Source: Octopus bimaculoides (lineage: Eukaryota). From it: DNA of 64,000 nucleotides. Both the position numbers and the translations under genes were made by a program. Under the pieces are notes generated by a model. The model did no database searches, had not been told where the DNA came from, and saw nothing but the letters and a program-made list of their open reading frames with translations. The DNA is taken from the NCBI RefSeq assembly GCF_001194135.2, contig NC_068995.1:1740248-1804247 (forward strand), in the 5' to 3' direction. Below, piece after piece: positions 10,873-23,929 of this stretch (positions are counted from its first letter, which is position 1; each line of letters opens with the position of its first letter).

Positions 10873-12059
10873 TACATACAATTAGACGGACATACATGCA
10901 AACATACATACATACATACATACATGCANNNNNNNNNNNNNNNNNNNNNNNNNNNNNNNNNNNNNNNNNNNNNNNNNNNNNNNNNNNNNNNNNNNNNNNN
11001 NNNNNNNNNNNNNNNNNNNNNNNNNNNNNNNNNNNNNNNNNNNNNNNNNNNNNNNNNNNNNNNNNNNNNNNNNNNNNNNNNNNNNNNNNNNNNNNNNNNN
11101 NNNNNNNNNNNNNNNNNNNNNNNNNNNNNNNNNNNNNNNNNNNNNNNNNNNNNNNNNNNNNNNNNNNNNNNNNNNNNNNNNNNNNNNNNNNNNNNNNNNN
11201 NNNNNNNNNNNNNNNNNNNNNNNNNNNNNNNNNNNNNNNNNNNNNNNNNTATATATATCGAGAGAGACAGAGAGAGAGAGAGAGAGAAAGAGGGAAGAGA
11301 GAAAGAGAGAGTGAGAGAAACAGACAGCCATAAGCAAACCAATCGAGGGACCTTCTGATGAAAACTACGCCCGTGTTGCATGGTTGTAACTCTATTATGT
11401 TCATTTTGATACAATTCTAGAATTGGAACAGCTGGAAACGAATGAAGATCTAAACGGGGAATAATTTAAAAATTGAATTGTAGCAAAAATGTATCAGGAC
11501 GTTTCAGCAATCTCTGAAACAAATTCACTTCGAGAATTCCGATGCAAACCGACACAAATGAATGGGTGAACAAACTAGCTTTTAGACATCAAAATGGTTA
11601 ACGTAGGTGGAGGGTGGGTGTCCATCAGAATGAAATAGTAATCAAAAGGTTCGATAGATTAAAAACATGGTCGACAACCAAAATGAACAGCATGCGTGGG
11701 GCACATATATTTGAAGTACTTCCTAAAAAGACTTTGTTTCGTTAAAATAGCCGTCTATGTACCGAACATAGGACATTAATACACCGTCGACAGACAGGTT
11801 ACAGCGACGTTCATCCTGAGATAAAATCGCTTGTGGACATTTTGTGTCTAAAAAACACTAATTTTACAGTAAAGAGAGAGGGAGAAAGTTCCGGGAACGC
11901 TGGGCGAATTACTCTGTTATCAATTATTTTAATTCTACAATTTCTGACAAGTTCTGCAGCTTCTTTAGCGTTAATTAGTATTTGACGTAGCTGCAGTGTA
12001 CGCTAAGGATGTCTGTATTACCCGGTGGCATTAATCCTTTCCATGTTTCCACCTGTCAG

Positions 12060-12081
12060 GTGCAGCAGAAGAAAACATGAG
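12060..12081 (+). other. Candidate 22-nt microexon
   Basis: Acceptor tcctttccatgtttccacctgtcAG and donor gag|GTAAGG. No transcript evidence. Confidence 0.25.
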
Positions 12082-12242
12082 GTAAGGGAGGTAATCAGAT
12101 ATAATAAGGGAGATATTTATTTTTAACGCAAATTAATGGGCAGAAGTTATCTCCCTTCCGTTATTGTTTCGAATCACCACAAGTTCCTATCTTCAATCGA
12201 TTGCCGGTAGAGGGATTCAGGTGGAAGAAGGTTGATTTTATA

Positions 12243-12276
<34 letters not shown>

Positions 12277-14019
12277 CACGTAGTCGTCTTGCAATGATGA
12301 TGAAAACCTCCGTCGGTTTCGAGGGGGAGCATTCTGTGGCTCTATCAATAAAGCTAAATCAATGTGCTTACATGATTGGGTATTTCACCAACACGAGTAC
12401 CTTTAGCATAAGTGGCTGAGTATTCCACTGACACTTGTTATTTTTTGCATAATTCTCACTTTAAATCAGCGAGGCACAATACGTAAACAAAGCTGAATCT
12501 TATTAATTTCAAGTACAACCAAAGGATGCGTTTTCACAGACTTCGGCCGACCAAGTCAGCAGATGTTGGGAAAATAAACGCTTCCCCCCCCCCCCCATGA
12601 TGGCTAAACGAACGTCTTCACCATTCGGTCACACCTGCTGTGTATAACGGTCACTAGAGCAGGGTGTGGTCAATCGGTCATTTAGTCGATGTGTAGAATA
12701 GTGACCATTACACCGAAGCGTTTACGGTGAGTATCAGATCGAGATATGGTAGACCCAGTGAAGTGTAGTCAGGTGGGTCATTAGACCTACATGAAACGTG
12801 GTGGTCATTAAAGCTAGATGCATTATCGTGGTCACTGCACCGAAGTATTGTAGAGATATGTTGTCGCTATTATTAAGTGATGCGGTCATTAAACCAAATC
12901 GACGATCCGATTGAGTATTAAGGACTTGTAAGTTTAAGCAGGTCCGGGGACTTATGTCCCAACTACTTTTTCTCATATAAATGTTTCAAGCTTGATTTTC
13001 ACTGCTACACAATATAGCGTGTTGGGGCCTACACTGAACCCCACGTCAATCCTAGTCGGCCAAACCAATTCCAGTCGAGACTATCCGCTCTTTTTTCCCA
13101 TTTGAACAGAACACACTATTTCATTATCCAATGTGTCCCGTTTTAAGAGGGTGTGAGTTGAGGAAAAATTCGTTGTTATTTCTAGTCAGTCAGGGTTTTC
13201 TTGCTGGTTTGCTGACCTCGTGGTGGCAAAGTACGATGCAGTGGCCCTCAGCGGTGTTGGTCTCATGGTAGCAAAGACTTGGTGGCCCTCAGCAGTGCTG
13301 CCCTTCCCGAGACCTAGTGGTGAGTTCAACTCTACAAGTTTCTTAGTGACCCAAACAGCATTATAACACCGTGACCACTGACATACGTTACACAGCATTT
13401 GTAAATTGTTGTTGTTGTTGTTGTTGTTAAGCACCAGGTCGGTTCTGGGCGAGTCATCTTATAATTAAAAGCACCTTCGTTGTTAATAAACCATATTCCA
13501 AATTTATTTATCATAGCTCTTTGAGAATACACATTAAAGATATATATTTTTTCTATCCGATGAAGGGCCTAGTTTTTTATTTTTGTTCTTTTTTAATATA
13601 GGTCTTATTCCGTCAGGATATACAAACCTTTCCAAAATTTACGATGCCAAGATCACGGCACCACGTGATCAAACTTCCAAACCATATTTTACAAGGTATG
13701 TCCATGGATCCCGACGAAAAGATGAAGGGACGAAGACTCCTCTTAAAAAATTTCTCACTTTTTCTTCAAAATCTTTTTGAAATATCTGCCCGTCAGATAT
13801 CCACGGGCCCTTCCTTGGTTTTCCTTGACCCAAACCCCTTGTCGTTGCCCCGTCTAAATTCCTTTGTTTTTGGCCCTACCCTCACGGGAAATGGGCTTAT
13901 TTCAAAACAGCATAACCGATGCGCACCACCATCAGCCGTGTCAAATATTTCGTGTTCGTGTTTACAGTGTTTATAATTTTGCCGAGTTATAAAGGTACAA
14001 CCCGGATATGAGAGTCACT

Positions 14020-14249
14020 TCCCTGTCAGAGCTGATTGTTCGGCCAGAAATCGTCAATGATTACACGAAAATCAACATGGCGAGTCCGAAATAATAAGAA
14101 AACGACAAACACAACAGAAAGCATAAAATAACTTTTATGTTTGACTGTATAAAAGTTTATGGTTGTTGGATGGTTATTATTATAAGAAGGACCAGATTGT
14201 CTGGCAACTGATAACTTTGGCAACATCAACACTGAACCACCTTCTTCCG
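14020..14249 (+). promoter_or_regulatory. Candidate promoter / non-coding first exon
   Basis: ETS-like CACTTCC (~14014), YY1-like CAACATGGCG (14073-14082), CTTCCGG and donor ccg|GTAAGG at 14250. It lies at the edge of the CpG-retaining zone. Confidence 0.35.
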
Positions 14250-15143
14250 GTAAGGACGAATTTAGGCATTTTTTATTTTATTTTATTTTATTTTGTTGCA
14301 GTCGTCGTCATCGTATTTGTTGATTAGCTTCGGATCAACTTTGTTCCAACAAACCTCTATAATCAAAGACATTCCGCTCGTGACCGTCACGTCTTTTATT
14401 TTTTGAAGACACATTGTTTTAAGGAACTACTTTTCCCAAACTGCTCTTTTTTATAAGTATATTTTTATTAACATAGTTATTTGAGAAGCCGAACGAAGTG
14501 TAACCGGAGTGAGATTTGGCTGTTATTTCTAGCAGTTCACAGCCAACAGGTGGAGCCCCTGTGGATGTCGTCGCTATCGTTGAAATCATTGTTGTTGTTC
14601 TTTAACCCCAGGCCAGTCGTCACGATTCCAGGACAATGATCAAAATCAAAAACTAGTCCTACCCTCATTCCGTATATTAAAAATTAGACCAACCAGTATA
14701 TCCCCCACCACCACCACCACCACTCCACACACACACACCATTTAATTTTCTTAATAGATGCAAAAGATGAGATTTGACATTTATTTGGCTGCTATTTCTA
14801 GTAGTCCTAGTGAACATNNNNNNNNNNNNNNNNNNNNNNNNNNNNNNNNNNNNNNNNNNNNNNNNNNNNNNNNNNNNNNNNNNNNNNNNNNNNNNNNNNN
14901 NNNNNNNNNNNNNNNNNNNNNNNNNNNNNNNNNNNNNNNNNNNNNNNNNNNNNNNNNNNNNNNNNNNNNNNNNNNNNNNNNNNNNNNNNNNNNNNNNNNN
15001 NNNNNNNNNNNNNNNNNNNNNNNNNNNNNNNNNNNNNNAGGTATGTCGACCTCCCGGCAACACGATCAGGGTGGAATGAGGGTGCGGAGGAGTCGGTTGG
15101 AGGTGACAATTGTCAACATACTTTCTCACTCTCATCACCATAC

Positions 15144-15184
<41 letters not shown>

Positions 15185-15295
15185 CGTGTATGTGTGTGTG
15201 AGTGCTTGTAAGTACATATATGTATTTATTTATGCGCGTTTGTATGTGTATATGCATGTTTTGTATATAGGTATGGTTGTGTGTGTGTATATATG

Positions 15296-15329
<34 letters not shown>

Positions 15330-15823
15330 GTATATATGCGTGTGTGCATGCGCGCATGCATGTGTGTGTGTGTGTGTGGATAGATGGCTGTGTACGTGCA
15401 TGAAAGCATGTGCGCATGTATCTATTGTCTATAAGCGAAAGTAGGTCATAGACAAGGGAGATTATATAGACTTGAGCTTTTGAAAGTTATTTCCCTTTAA
15501 TTGCTGTTGAAATCTTGTGATGAACTTTCGCTTTTTTTTTTCCTGCGCCATCTGTTAGTATCAGATCTTTTACGCACACCGACCAACTCGCATATGCACA
15601 TACACACATACTCTCAAATATACGTGCACACACATACATATACTCGACACGCATAATCAAGCAGGTTCGCCAGAGATTCGTTTGATTTGTGTGTGCGTTC
15701 TTGCGCAAGTGCGTGTGTCTGGCTGTTTGTGGTGAAGTTTATCCCGGCGTAAAAACAAAATCAAAACAAACGATGTTGCTTATAATGTATTTTAGTGTCC
15801 AGCCACTTAACAAACATGAGATG

Positions 15824-15864
<41 letters not shown>

Positions 15865-16977
15865 AGGGAGAGAGAAAGAGAGAGAGAGAGAGGTGAGGAA
15901 GGGATCGATAAATTAAGTAAAAAGTAAAGGTTTTGGGTGTTGTACACCTAACCCTTTGAGATAGACCAGGAGTTCATTGCTGTCAACGATGCAGACTGGA
16001 GCCACGTGACTTGTCCAAGAAAACAAGAACACAATTTGTGTATGGAGTGGGGATTGAACACGTGATCTTATTATCAAGAGCAAAGTGGTATAAACACGTG
16101 AAACAAATGCGCCAGTCAATATGATCACCCAATTTTGTGCTTCCAAATCTAGGATTTGTGGAACCCTGGGGACCTAGAAAGATACTGCTGGGGTTGTGCC
16201 AGTCCTGCCACCCCCACCTCGCAGACCCACACACACGTGTCTTGGGGCTGAATACTAATCTCCCTACAAATGTGGTTGTACACTTAGAGACCCAGGGCAT
16301 CGATTTTGTTATTTTGGGTGGGAGCAAACAATGCTGTTGAGGCAGCCCTATAGTGGTCCCCTGTCAATGAGGTCAAAATTTGTTGAGATGTGTGACCTTT
16401 CAAAAGTCAAGGGTCAGTGAGAAAGAATTCTTCAAAATCGTATGGGCCTTTCATAATGAAAAGGTTGAGAACATGGCAGTAAGCATTTGAATGTGGTGTT
16501 TCAATTTGGCCAGGACCCAATTGCACACACACACACACATATATATGTGTGTGTGTGTGAATATATATTTATTTCTATACAAATATACCTTTTGACTTAC
16601 ATTGTATGTCATTAATATTGCTTTCACATAGACTCGTTAAGTGATTATTATGGTAATTATCATTAATTCATAAATATTTTCAATGTAATGCTTAGATTAT
16701 AGCCTTTCCTCACACCTTCACAACATCCTAAAAGAATCACTAAATATGAAAGCTTATATTCTTCATAGAATTTGAACAGCAATTATTAACACATAATAAA
16801 TGTTTTGTTTTATATATGTTTTTTTTTTAATATATATGTTTCTTTTTTATGTGTTTATCTATAAAGACTGGAATTTACAGCTTTAGTCTTTATGACCGGG
16901 AGTTAGTAAATGACCTTTGCACCCTCATAAAAATATTTGTTATATTATTTCATAGGATCAATAATAATAATAATCAC

Positions 16978-17015
<38 letters not shown>

Positions 17016-17859
17016 GTGCCATCATCGTCATTGTTGTCATTGTCGTCATCATCATCACCATCGTCTTTGTCATCGTCGTCGTCATCGCCATCACTTACAT
17101 GCACACACCACCATTTCCTCTTCCTCTTTGGGTCAAATGGAATTCCTTGGAGCAAATTTTCTGCAGTTTGATGCTCTTCCTGTTGCCTACCCTTCCCTGT
17201 TTCTAAACAATGTAACATGCCTGAAACAAGCGAAAGTTGGTGACAGGAAAGGCATCCGGGTATAGAAAATCTGCATCAGTAAACTTCATCAGAGCCAGGC
17301 AAATATGGAAAAATGGACGTTGAAGAAATGATGATGATGATGATGAAGGCGATTTTATATTTACCTACCTATGCAAACATATATACACGTGCACACACAC
17401 ACACACACATATACACACATGTACACATGCACATAAAAATATATATCTCTTTTATTCTTTTACTTGTTTCAGTCATTTGACTGTGGCCATGCTGGGGCAC
17501 CACCTTGAGGAATTCTATTCGAAAACTTGGTACTCATTCTGTCGGTCTCTTTTGCTGAACTACTTAGTTACACACACACAACACACGTGCGCTCACACAT
17601 ACACACACACACACAGACAAACATATATCTTACATGCTTCCATACAGTTTCAATCAATTGGTCAATCTCAAAGTTGCAAAAGAAGACCCTTGTCTAAGTT
17701 AGCTCCGAGAGAGATTGAACCTGAAGCCACTTGGTTGGCAAGCCACCTTCCCAGTCATTTCTGAGAGAACATCACTTGTTTAAAGAAGTACAGAACATGT
17801 TTGAAGGCAGAACTCTAAAAGACTTCCGGTTTTTTTTTCACTACAAAATTTCTTTCGAA

Positions 17860-18052
17860 ATATACTATTTTTGGTTTAGTTAGTCTTGAAAATTATAATG
17901 AAATTAGTAAAATAAACTTTACCATTATTAAGCTGGGCTTTGGAACATAAATAAACAGGAACTTGCATTGGAAACTTTATAATTGAGGTCACTTTATAAC
18001 AGGAAGTCTTTATCCAAAAAACCAGGAGGGGTTGGCATGGAAAGAGTAAAAA
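17860..18052 (+). mobile_element. Fragment of an abundant non-autonomous DNA element (piggyBac-like TTAA end inferred)
   Basis: Shares ttaattttgaaaataatgaag…ggaacataaa…aacaggaag with 55440-55600 and ends in a degenerate …aaagggttaa-like terminus. Confidence 0.4.
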
Positions 18053-18592
18053 TGGACTCTTGTTAGTTTGAAAGAAACCTCATCTGTTTTACGTTGAATA
18101 TTTTATATCTGAAGGAAGTGTGAGTTCTAGTAAGAAAGAAGTTCAGTTCTCAAGTGAAGCTGGAAGCAGATGCTGCTATGTCTATGAGTTGGAAGCATGT
18201 GTGTTCTTCTGGTTGGATATTAAGCATTATTTGGTTCCAACCTCATCTTAATTCCAACCAGCATCGAAGATAAAAAGCAACCCTGACAGTTGCAGACTTG
18301 ATGCTTCAGCCAACGAAACAATGAATAACAGATGCCGGTTTCTAGATAAAGGGAAGTGGTTGGCCAAACCTGTCTAGAGATAACGGAATATCTTCTGGTG
18401 CAAGATAAGGATTCTTCAAGTTGTTTTTGGTAAGGCAAATATTCCTCGCTAAACCTTGTTGCTGTGGTTTTTGTTTTTGTTGTTTTAGTTCTAAGTCATT
18501 TCTAATTAAACAGATTTATCCTTAGAAGTGTTCCAGCCATGACTATCGCATCTGTTCCTGCAAACACCATTTTAAACACAGTGGTCACTCAC

Positions 18593-18702
18593 AAATAAAG
18601 ACCTGGAAGTATGTGCCAAACTTTTGTCTTTCAAATCTTTGGTACACGTAAGCATCTTCTCCGCAGTCCCTCACTTTTAATATAGCCTCCATTTGTGTCA
18701 TC
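18593..18702 (-). CDS. Candidate coding exon (MTQMEAILKVRDCGEDAYVYQRFERQKFGTYFQVFI)
   Basis: Acceptor ctgtttgtgtcatccAG, donor ttt|GTGAGT and one open frame. Weak resemblance to the TMEM63/OSCA CG.DA..YL.FQR motif. Confidence 0.3.
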
Positions 18703-19123
18703 CTGGATGACACAAACAGGGGCTGAGATAAGGGGCTGCACCAGCATAAGGCTGGGGCTAGTACAGTGGAATTGAGCAACATGAAATGGTGTACTTTGTT
18801 CATGGATACAATGACTGCTTGGTCCGGGAAGTGAACTCAAGATCTTATGATCATGATGCCAGTACCTTAACCACTAAGCCACTCGCGTTCACCAATTGCA
18901 CAGACTTTATTATTCGATGCCATCAAAGATTCCATCTATTTTAAAGATGGTTCCTTGTGATCTAATTTAGCTGCTATTTCTATTTGGCTGACTAACCACA
19001 TAAATGTCCCCTGATCTTGACTTGGGGTCATGCCTTGATTTTAATCATTAGTTTCACATTGACCCCACATGCTGCTATATACACACACGTACGCACACAC
19101 ACCTATGCATGTGTATATAACAA

Positions 19124-19181
<58 letters not shown>

Positions 19182-19674
19182 ATGTTTATCAAAAATGATC
19201 ATCCTGAAATACAACAATATATATGCGTGTGTGTGTGTAATATATATATATATATATAAATATACATATATAATATATATATATATAAATATATGTACAT
19301 ACATATATATACATACATATATTTACATATATTTGTACATGTATACACACACACACACACACTGATTTCTAGATTGTGTGATTGATTCCTCGACTTGATT
19401 GATTTAAATATCGAATTATTGACACACGTTGATAGAATGAGTTATTGATTCCATGATTGACCTATTGGTTGATCTATTGAACTTTTATTGATTCATAGAT
19501 TCTATTATTGATTTACATAATAGATTATTGATTCCCTTTGCTGATTCAACTGAAACACCTTTGATCATAGTTCACCTTTAATTAGAGCTTACCTGGTGAA
19601 GGGGGGGGGTGTCGCAAAAAGAACAACCACAACATATTATAATATATCATCTTTACAATATGTTGATAATATAG

Positions 19675-19709
<35 letters not shown>

Positions 19710-19714
19710 GATTA

Positions 19715-19949
19715 TTACACCATTTCGAGCGTGGCCGCTGCCAGTACCGTCGGACTGGCCCTCGTGCCGGTGGCACGTAAAAGTACTCACTACACTCTCG
19801 GAGTGGTTGGCGTTAGGAAGGGCATCCAGCTGTAGAAACTCTGCCAAATCAGATTGGAGCCTGGTGTAGCCATCTGGCTCACCAGTCCTCAGTCAAATCA
19901 TCCAACCCATGGCAGCATGGAAAGCGGACGTTAAACGATGATGATGATA

Positions 19950-19950
<1 letters not shown>
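19715..19950 (+). mobile_element. SINE family D (RTE-LINE-type 3' tail ending ggaaagcggacgttaaacgat(gat)n)
   Basis: Same body at 59695-59845(+), 22105-22300(-) and 36575-36720(-); tails also at 37495 and 50190. Confidence 0.85.
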
Positions 19951-19982
<32 letters not shown>

Positions 19983-20036
19983 ACACATTGATAAGATCAT
20001 ATCAATATTCGGTGCCTTGGGCAAAAATCTTCTCTG

Positions 20037-20250
20037 AAGGGGTGCTGAAAAGTTCCTGGCCTTGGGTAGAAGAAAATACAGGAGGATCAGTTAATTATGA
20101 TTTTATTCCATGATATTCTCCTCTCAGATTCACACACTTATTGCAGCAGTTCTTCACTTTTCCTAAGTCTTGTATAAAGAACTCAGAAGGTTGGGCCTCC
20201 AGCCAGGCCTTTCGTGTTACCCTTAAAGCCAGGAGCTTTTCAGCCACCCC
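20037..20250 (-). mobile_element. Mariner-derived MITE with both terminal inverted repeats
   Basis: TIRs ggggtgctgaaaagttcctggc … gccaggagcttttcagccacccc. The interior matches the copies at 43212 and 58655 in the opposite orientation. Confidence 0.85.
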
Positions 20251-20657
20251 ATATATATATATTTGCACAATGATGCCAATGAGAGGAAAGCCCAGAAACA
20301 GTAAGCATTCTCTCCTGCTGACCCCATAAGCTTTGCTAGCATCCAGTATGTGGGACTTTCAACTGGTAACACGTGCATCTGCAAGTTGTTTGCAAAAAAT
20401 CTATACACACACATATATATATACCAAACACACAAACAAGAGAAATAATCCCGAGTGACCACTGGCATGACTTATTTGGTCAACTCAAGAGAGATGAAGA
20501 AAGTTATACTAAATACCATACAAAATAAATTTCTCTCTCCCCTTCCTCTCCCTCTCTTTCTCCTTATCCCATCACTCACATAACAAATATATTTTTAGTC
20601 TTATGTTCCATATACAAAACCTGTTGACACTAATTTACTTATCTGCCTATCTCTCTA

Positions 20658-20689
<32 letters not shown>

Positions 20690-20884
20690 CCTGTCTCACC
20701 ACCACCACCACCACCGGCAGACACAACACACATATTATAATATATTTTTAGTCAACTTTCTTATGCTCTATATATTAAATCCAGGATGAAACACCAAGTT
20801 AAAAATATTTCTACCTGACTAATCAAATATTTCTGACATGACAAGCTACAACAACAACAACAACAACCATTATTATTATTATTA

Positions 20885-20924
<40 letters not shown>

Positions 20925-20928
<4 letters not shown>

Positions 20929-21130
20929 GGCAGAAGTGTTGGCGTGTCAGATGAGATGTCTCACAACATTTCTTCTGACTCTTTATGTCCTGGGTTCAAA
21001 CGTCACTGAAGTTGACTTTATCTTTCGTCCTTTTGAGGTTGAGAAAAATAGGGACCAGTCAAGCAGTGGGTTCGATATAATCATTTGTCCCCCTTTCCAC
21101 AGAATTCCAGGTCCTGTGCCTATAACAGAA
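20925..21130 (+). mobile_element. SINE family A, CpG-decayed, inserted in (ATT)n
   Basis: Similarity to other family A copies. Confidence 0.7.
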
Positions 21131-21694
21131 ATGAGTTTTATTGTTATTACTTTTTGTACACAGCAAATCTTCCAGCTTTTTGGGGTTTTTTAAGTTTTGT
21201 TTTTTGGGGGGTGGGGGTGAGAGGGGTTTACATAATCTTGGAGATGAAACCAAAAATACTTAGCAAAGTTGGCAGAGAAATTTAAAAAAAACAAAACTGG
21301 TTTAATCCTTTTGATAACGCTCTTTCAGTGACTGTTTTTCAGCAGCAGTACCTTCATCATCATCATCAACAACCACAGCGACAGCATCATCATCGTCATC
21401 ATCATCATCATCACACCAGCAGCGTTTTAATGTCCCCCAACGCCAGACAAGTTTTGACTGTTTCTGTGACAGTAATGTTTGCTTTGCAACTCATGTGTGA
21501 TGTCAAGACAAGGAGACAGAGACACATACATACACGCACGCACGCACGTACACATGCACACATCCATGCATATGCACATACACATGCATATACATATATA
21601 TATATATATGCATACAAACATACACACATGTGCACACACACAGATATATACACCCACCACGGGTCTCTTTCCATTTGCTTTTACAAAATCCATT

Positions 21695-21965
21695 TATTCT
21701 TCTACTTGTTTCAGTCATTTGACTGTGGCCATGCTAGAGCACTGCCTTTAGTCGAACAAATCAACCCCAGGACTTATTCTTTGATAGCCTAGTACTTATT
21801 CTATTGGTCTATTTTGTCAAACTGCTAAGTTATAAGTATGTAAACACACCAACATCAGTTGTCAAGTGATGGTAGGGGAACAAACAGACACACAAATGTA
21901 TACATACACATGACGGGCTTCTTTCAGTTTCCGTTTACCAAATCCACTTACAAGTCTTTGGTCAG
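21695..21965 (-). mobile_element. Composite SINE (family C 3' part plus cttgtttcagtcatttgactgtggccatgct tail)
   Basis: Tail module recurs at 17455-17530 and 39630-39790. Confidence 0.7.
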
Positions 21966-22104
21966 CCAGTTGGTCAGATCAGCTGCCATAGCTCTATACT
22001 TCTGTACACCTTGATTAATATAGCCACTCCATCGACAAATATGCAAGTGCATATTTTTCTAACATATGGATTTTTAGAAGACTATATATGCATATGTATA
22101 TATA

Positions 22105-22960
22105 TCATCATCATCATCAACATTTAGCATCTGCTTTCCAGGCTGGCATGGGCTAGACAGTTCGACAGCAACTGGTAAGCTGGAGAGCTTCACCAGGTTC
22201 CAGTCTGGTTTGGCAGAGTTTCTACGGCTGGATGCCCTTCCTAATGCCAACCACTCCGAGAGTGTTATGCCTTTTATGTGCCAGTTACATGACACCAGCA
22301 TCAACCACAACTATGATGAGTCTTCTCAATCACAGCATATTGCCAAAGGGCTCGGTCATTTGTCATTTCCTCCATGAGGCCTAACATTTGAAGATCATGC
22401 TTCATCACTTTGTTCCATGTCTTCCAGGGTCTACCTCTTCCACAGGTTCCCTCAATTGTTAGAGGTCGGCACTTCTTTACACAGCTGTCGTCGTCCATAT
22501 GCATCACAGGACCATAGCAGAGAAGTCATCTCCTTTGCACATCACATCTGATGCCTCTTATGCTAAACTTTTCTCTCAAGACGCTTACACTCTGTCGTAC
22601 ATGCACATTGACATTCCACAACCAGCGAAGCATACTGGCTTCATTTCTTTCAAGCCTGCACATGTCCTCAGCAGTCACAGTCCATGTTTCACTGCCATGT
22701 AGCATGGCTGTTCCAACACAGACATCATACAATTTGCCTTTTATTCTGAATGAGAGGCCCTTAGTTACCAACAGAAGCAGGAGCTCTCTGAACTTTGCCC
22801 AGCCTATTTTTATTATAGTAACTATGATCTTGGAGTCACCACCTCTATTGCTGACTTGGTCACCAAGGTAACAGAAGCTATCAACTACTTCTAAGTATCA
22901 CCCCCCCCCACTAGCAATTTATGGAGTCTATTTTCTGTACATTTCTAGTGTTTATTGTAC
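22105..22960 (-). mobile_element. 5'-truncated RTE-clade LINE (post-RT C-terminus plus 3' tail shared with SINE family D)
   Basis: Translation EVVDSFCYLGDQVS…IGWAKFRELLLLLVTKGLSFRIKGKLYDVCVGTAMLHGSETW…RLERNEASMLRW…GRGRPWKTW…DRALW is the typical RTE ORF end. Confidence 0.9.
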
Positions 22961-23225
22961 CTGTACACCTGCCACACAAAGACTATACACACACATATAT
23001 ATATATACATATATGCATTGACACACACACACACGTATGTATAATACATATATACATGTGTGCGTGTGTGTAAGTATGTATGTATAGTTACATGTTTTTG
23101 GAACATTATGCATTAGTAAGTGCACCAGTTTTCAGTGTTGTGCACTCAATGCATTATGTAAACTGATAAGTGCATCACACTCTATTCTGATTTGCATCTT
23201 GGCAATATATTCTACCTGAACATGC

Positions 23226-23268
<43 letters not shown>

Positions 23269-23929
23269 CATATTTATATATGTATATATGTATACATGTA
23301 TATATGTATACACACACACACATATATATATATACATGCATGTATATAAAATAAAGATGTGCTTATATATACACATACATTACTTATATATTTATATATA
23401 CATATATGCATCACACACACGCATACACACGCATACACATACATATATATGTATTTGTTAAATAATTGTAGTTGCATGTTGACGTGTGTGTGTGTTGGAA
23501 TGTAAGTATTACTCGATCGCTACTGTAGTAGTAGTAGTAGTGGTGGTGGTGGTGGTGGTGGTGATTGGTGGTTAGTATATAGTGTCGCGGTGATTACAAT
23601 GGCTTCAGTGACAACAGCTACAACAAATTTGATAACAATACTAACAACAACAACAACAACAAGCCTAACCAAGATTAACGACCACCACAACAAGAAGAAC
23701 AGTGTCACCGATATTAACAATGAAGGCCGTAATGACAACATCGAACATAACAATAACAGTAACATTGTAGACAAGCAGAAATCTTATAAACCATGCGCGC
23801 ACACACACACACACAAGCACAAGCACAATCATGTGTGTATAGTCATTTTGTCAGACACACATTAATATACACCCACACAAAGTTAAACACGGAAAATTTC
23901 TCACACACGCACACAAACGTGTGCGTGTA

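Noticed and set aside
13644-13976. 110-aa plus-strand ORF
   Set aside because: No recognisable motif, and it reads through a consensus donor. Not supportable as a CDS.
16849-17265. Poly-His/Ile/Asp, Tyr-Ile, Cys-Val and His-Thr ORFs throughout the window
   Set aside because: Translations of (CAT)n, (TA)n, (TG)n and (CA)n microsatellites.
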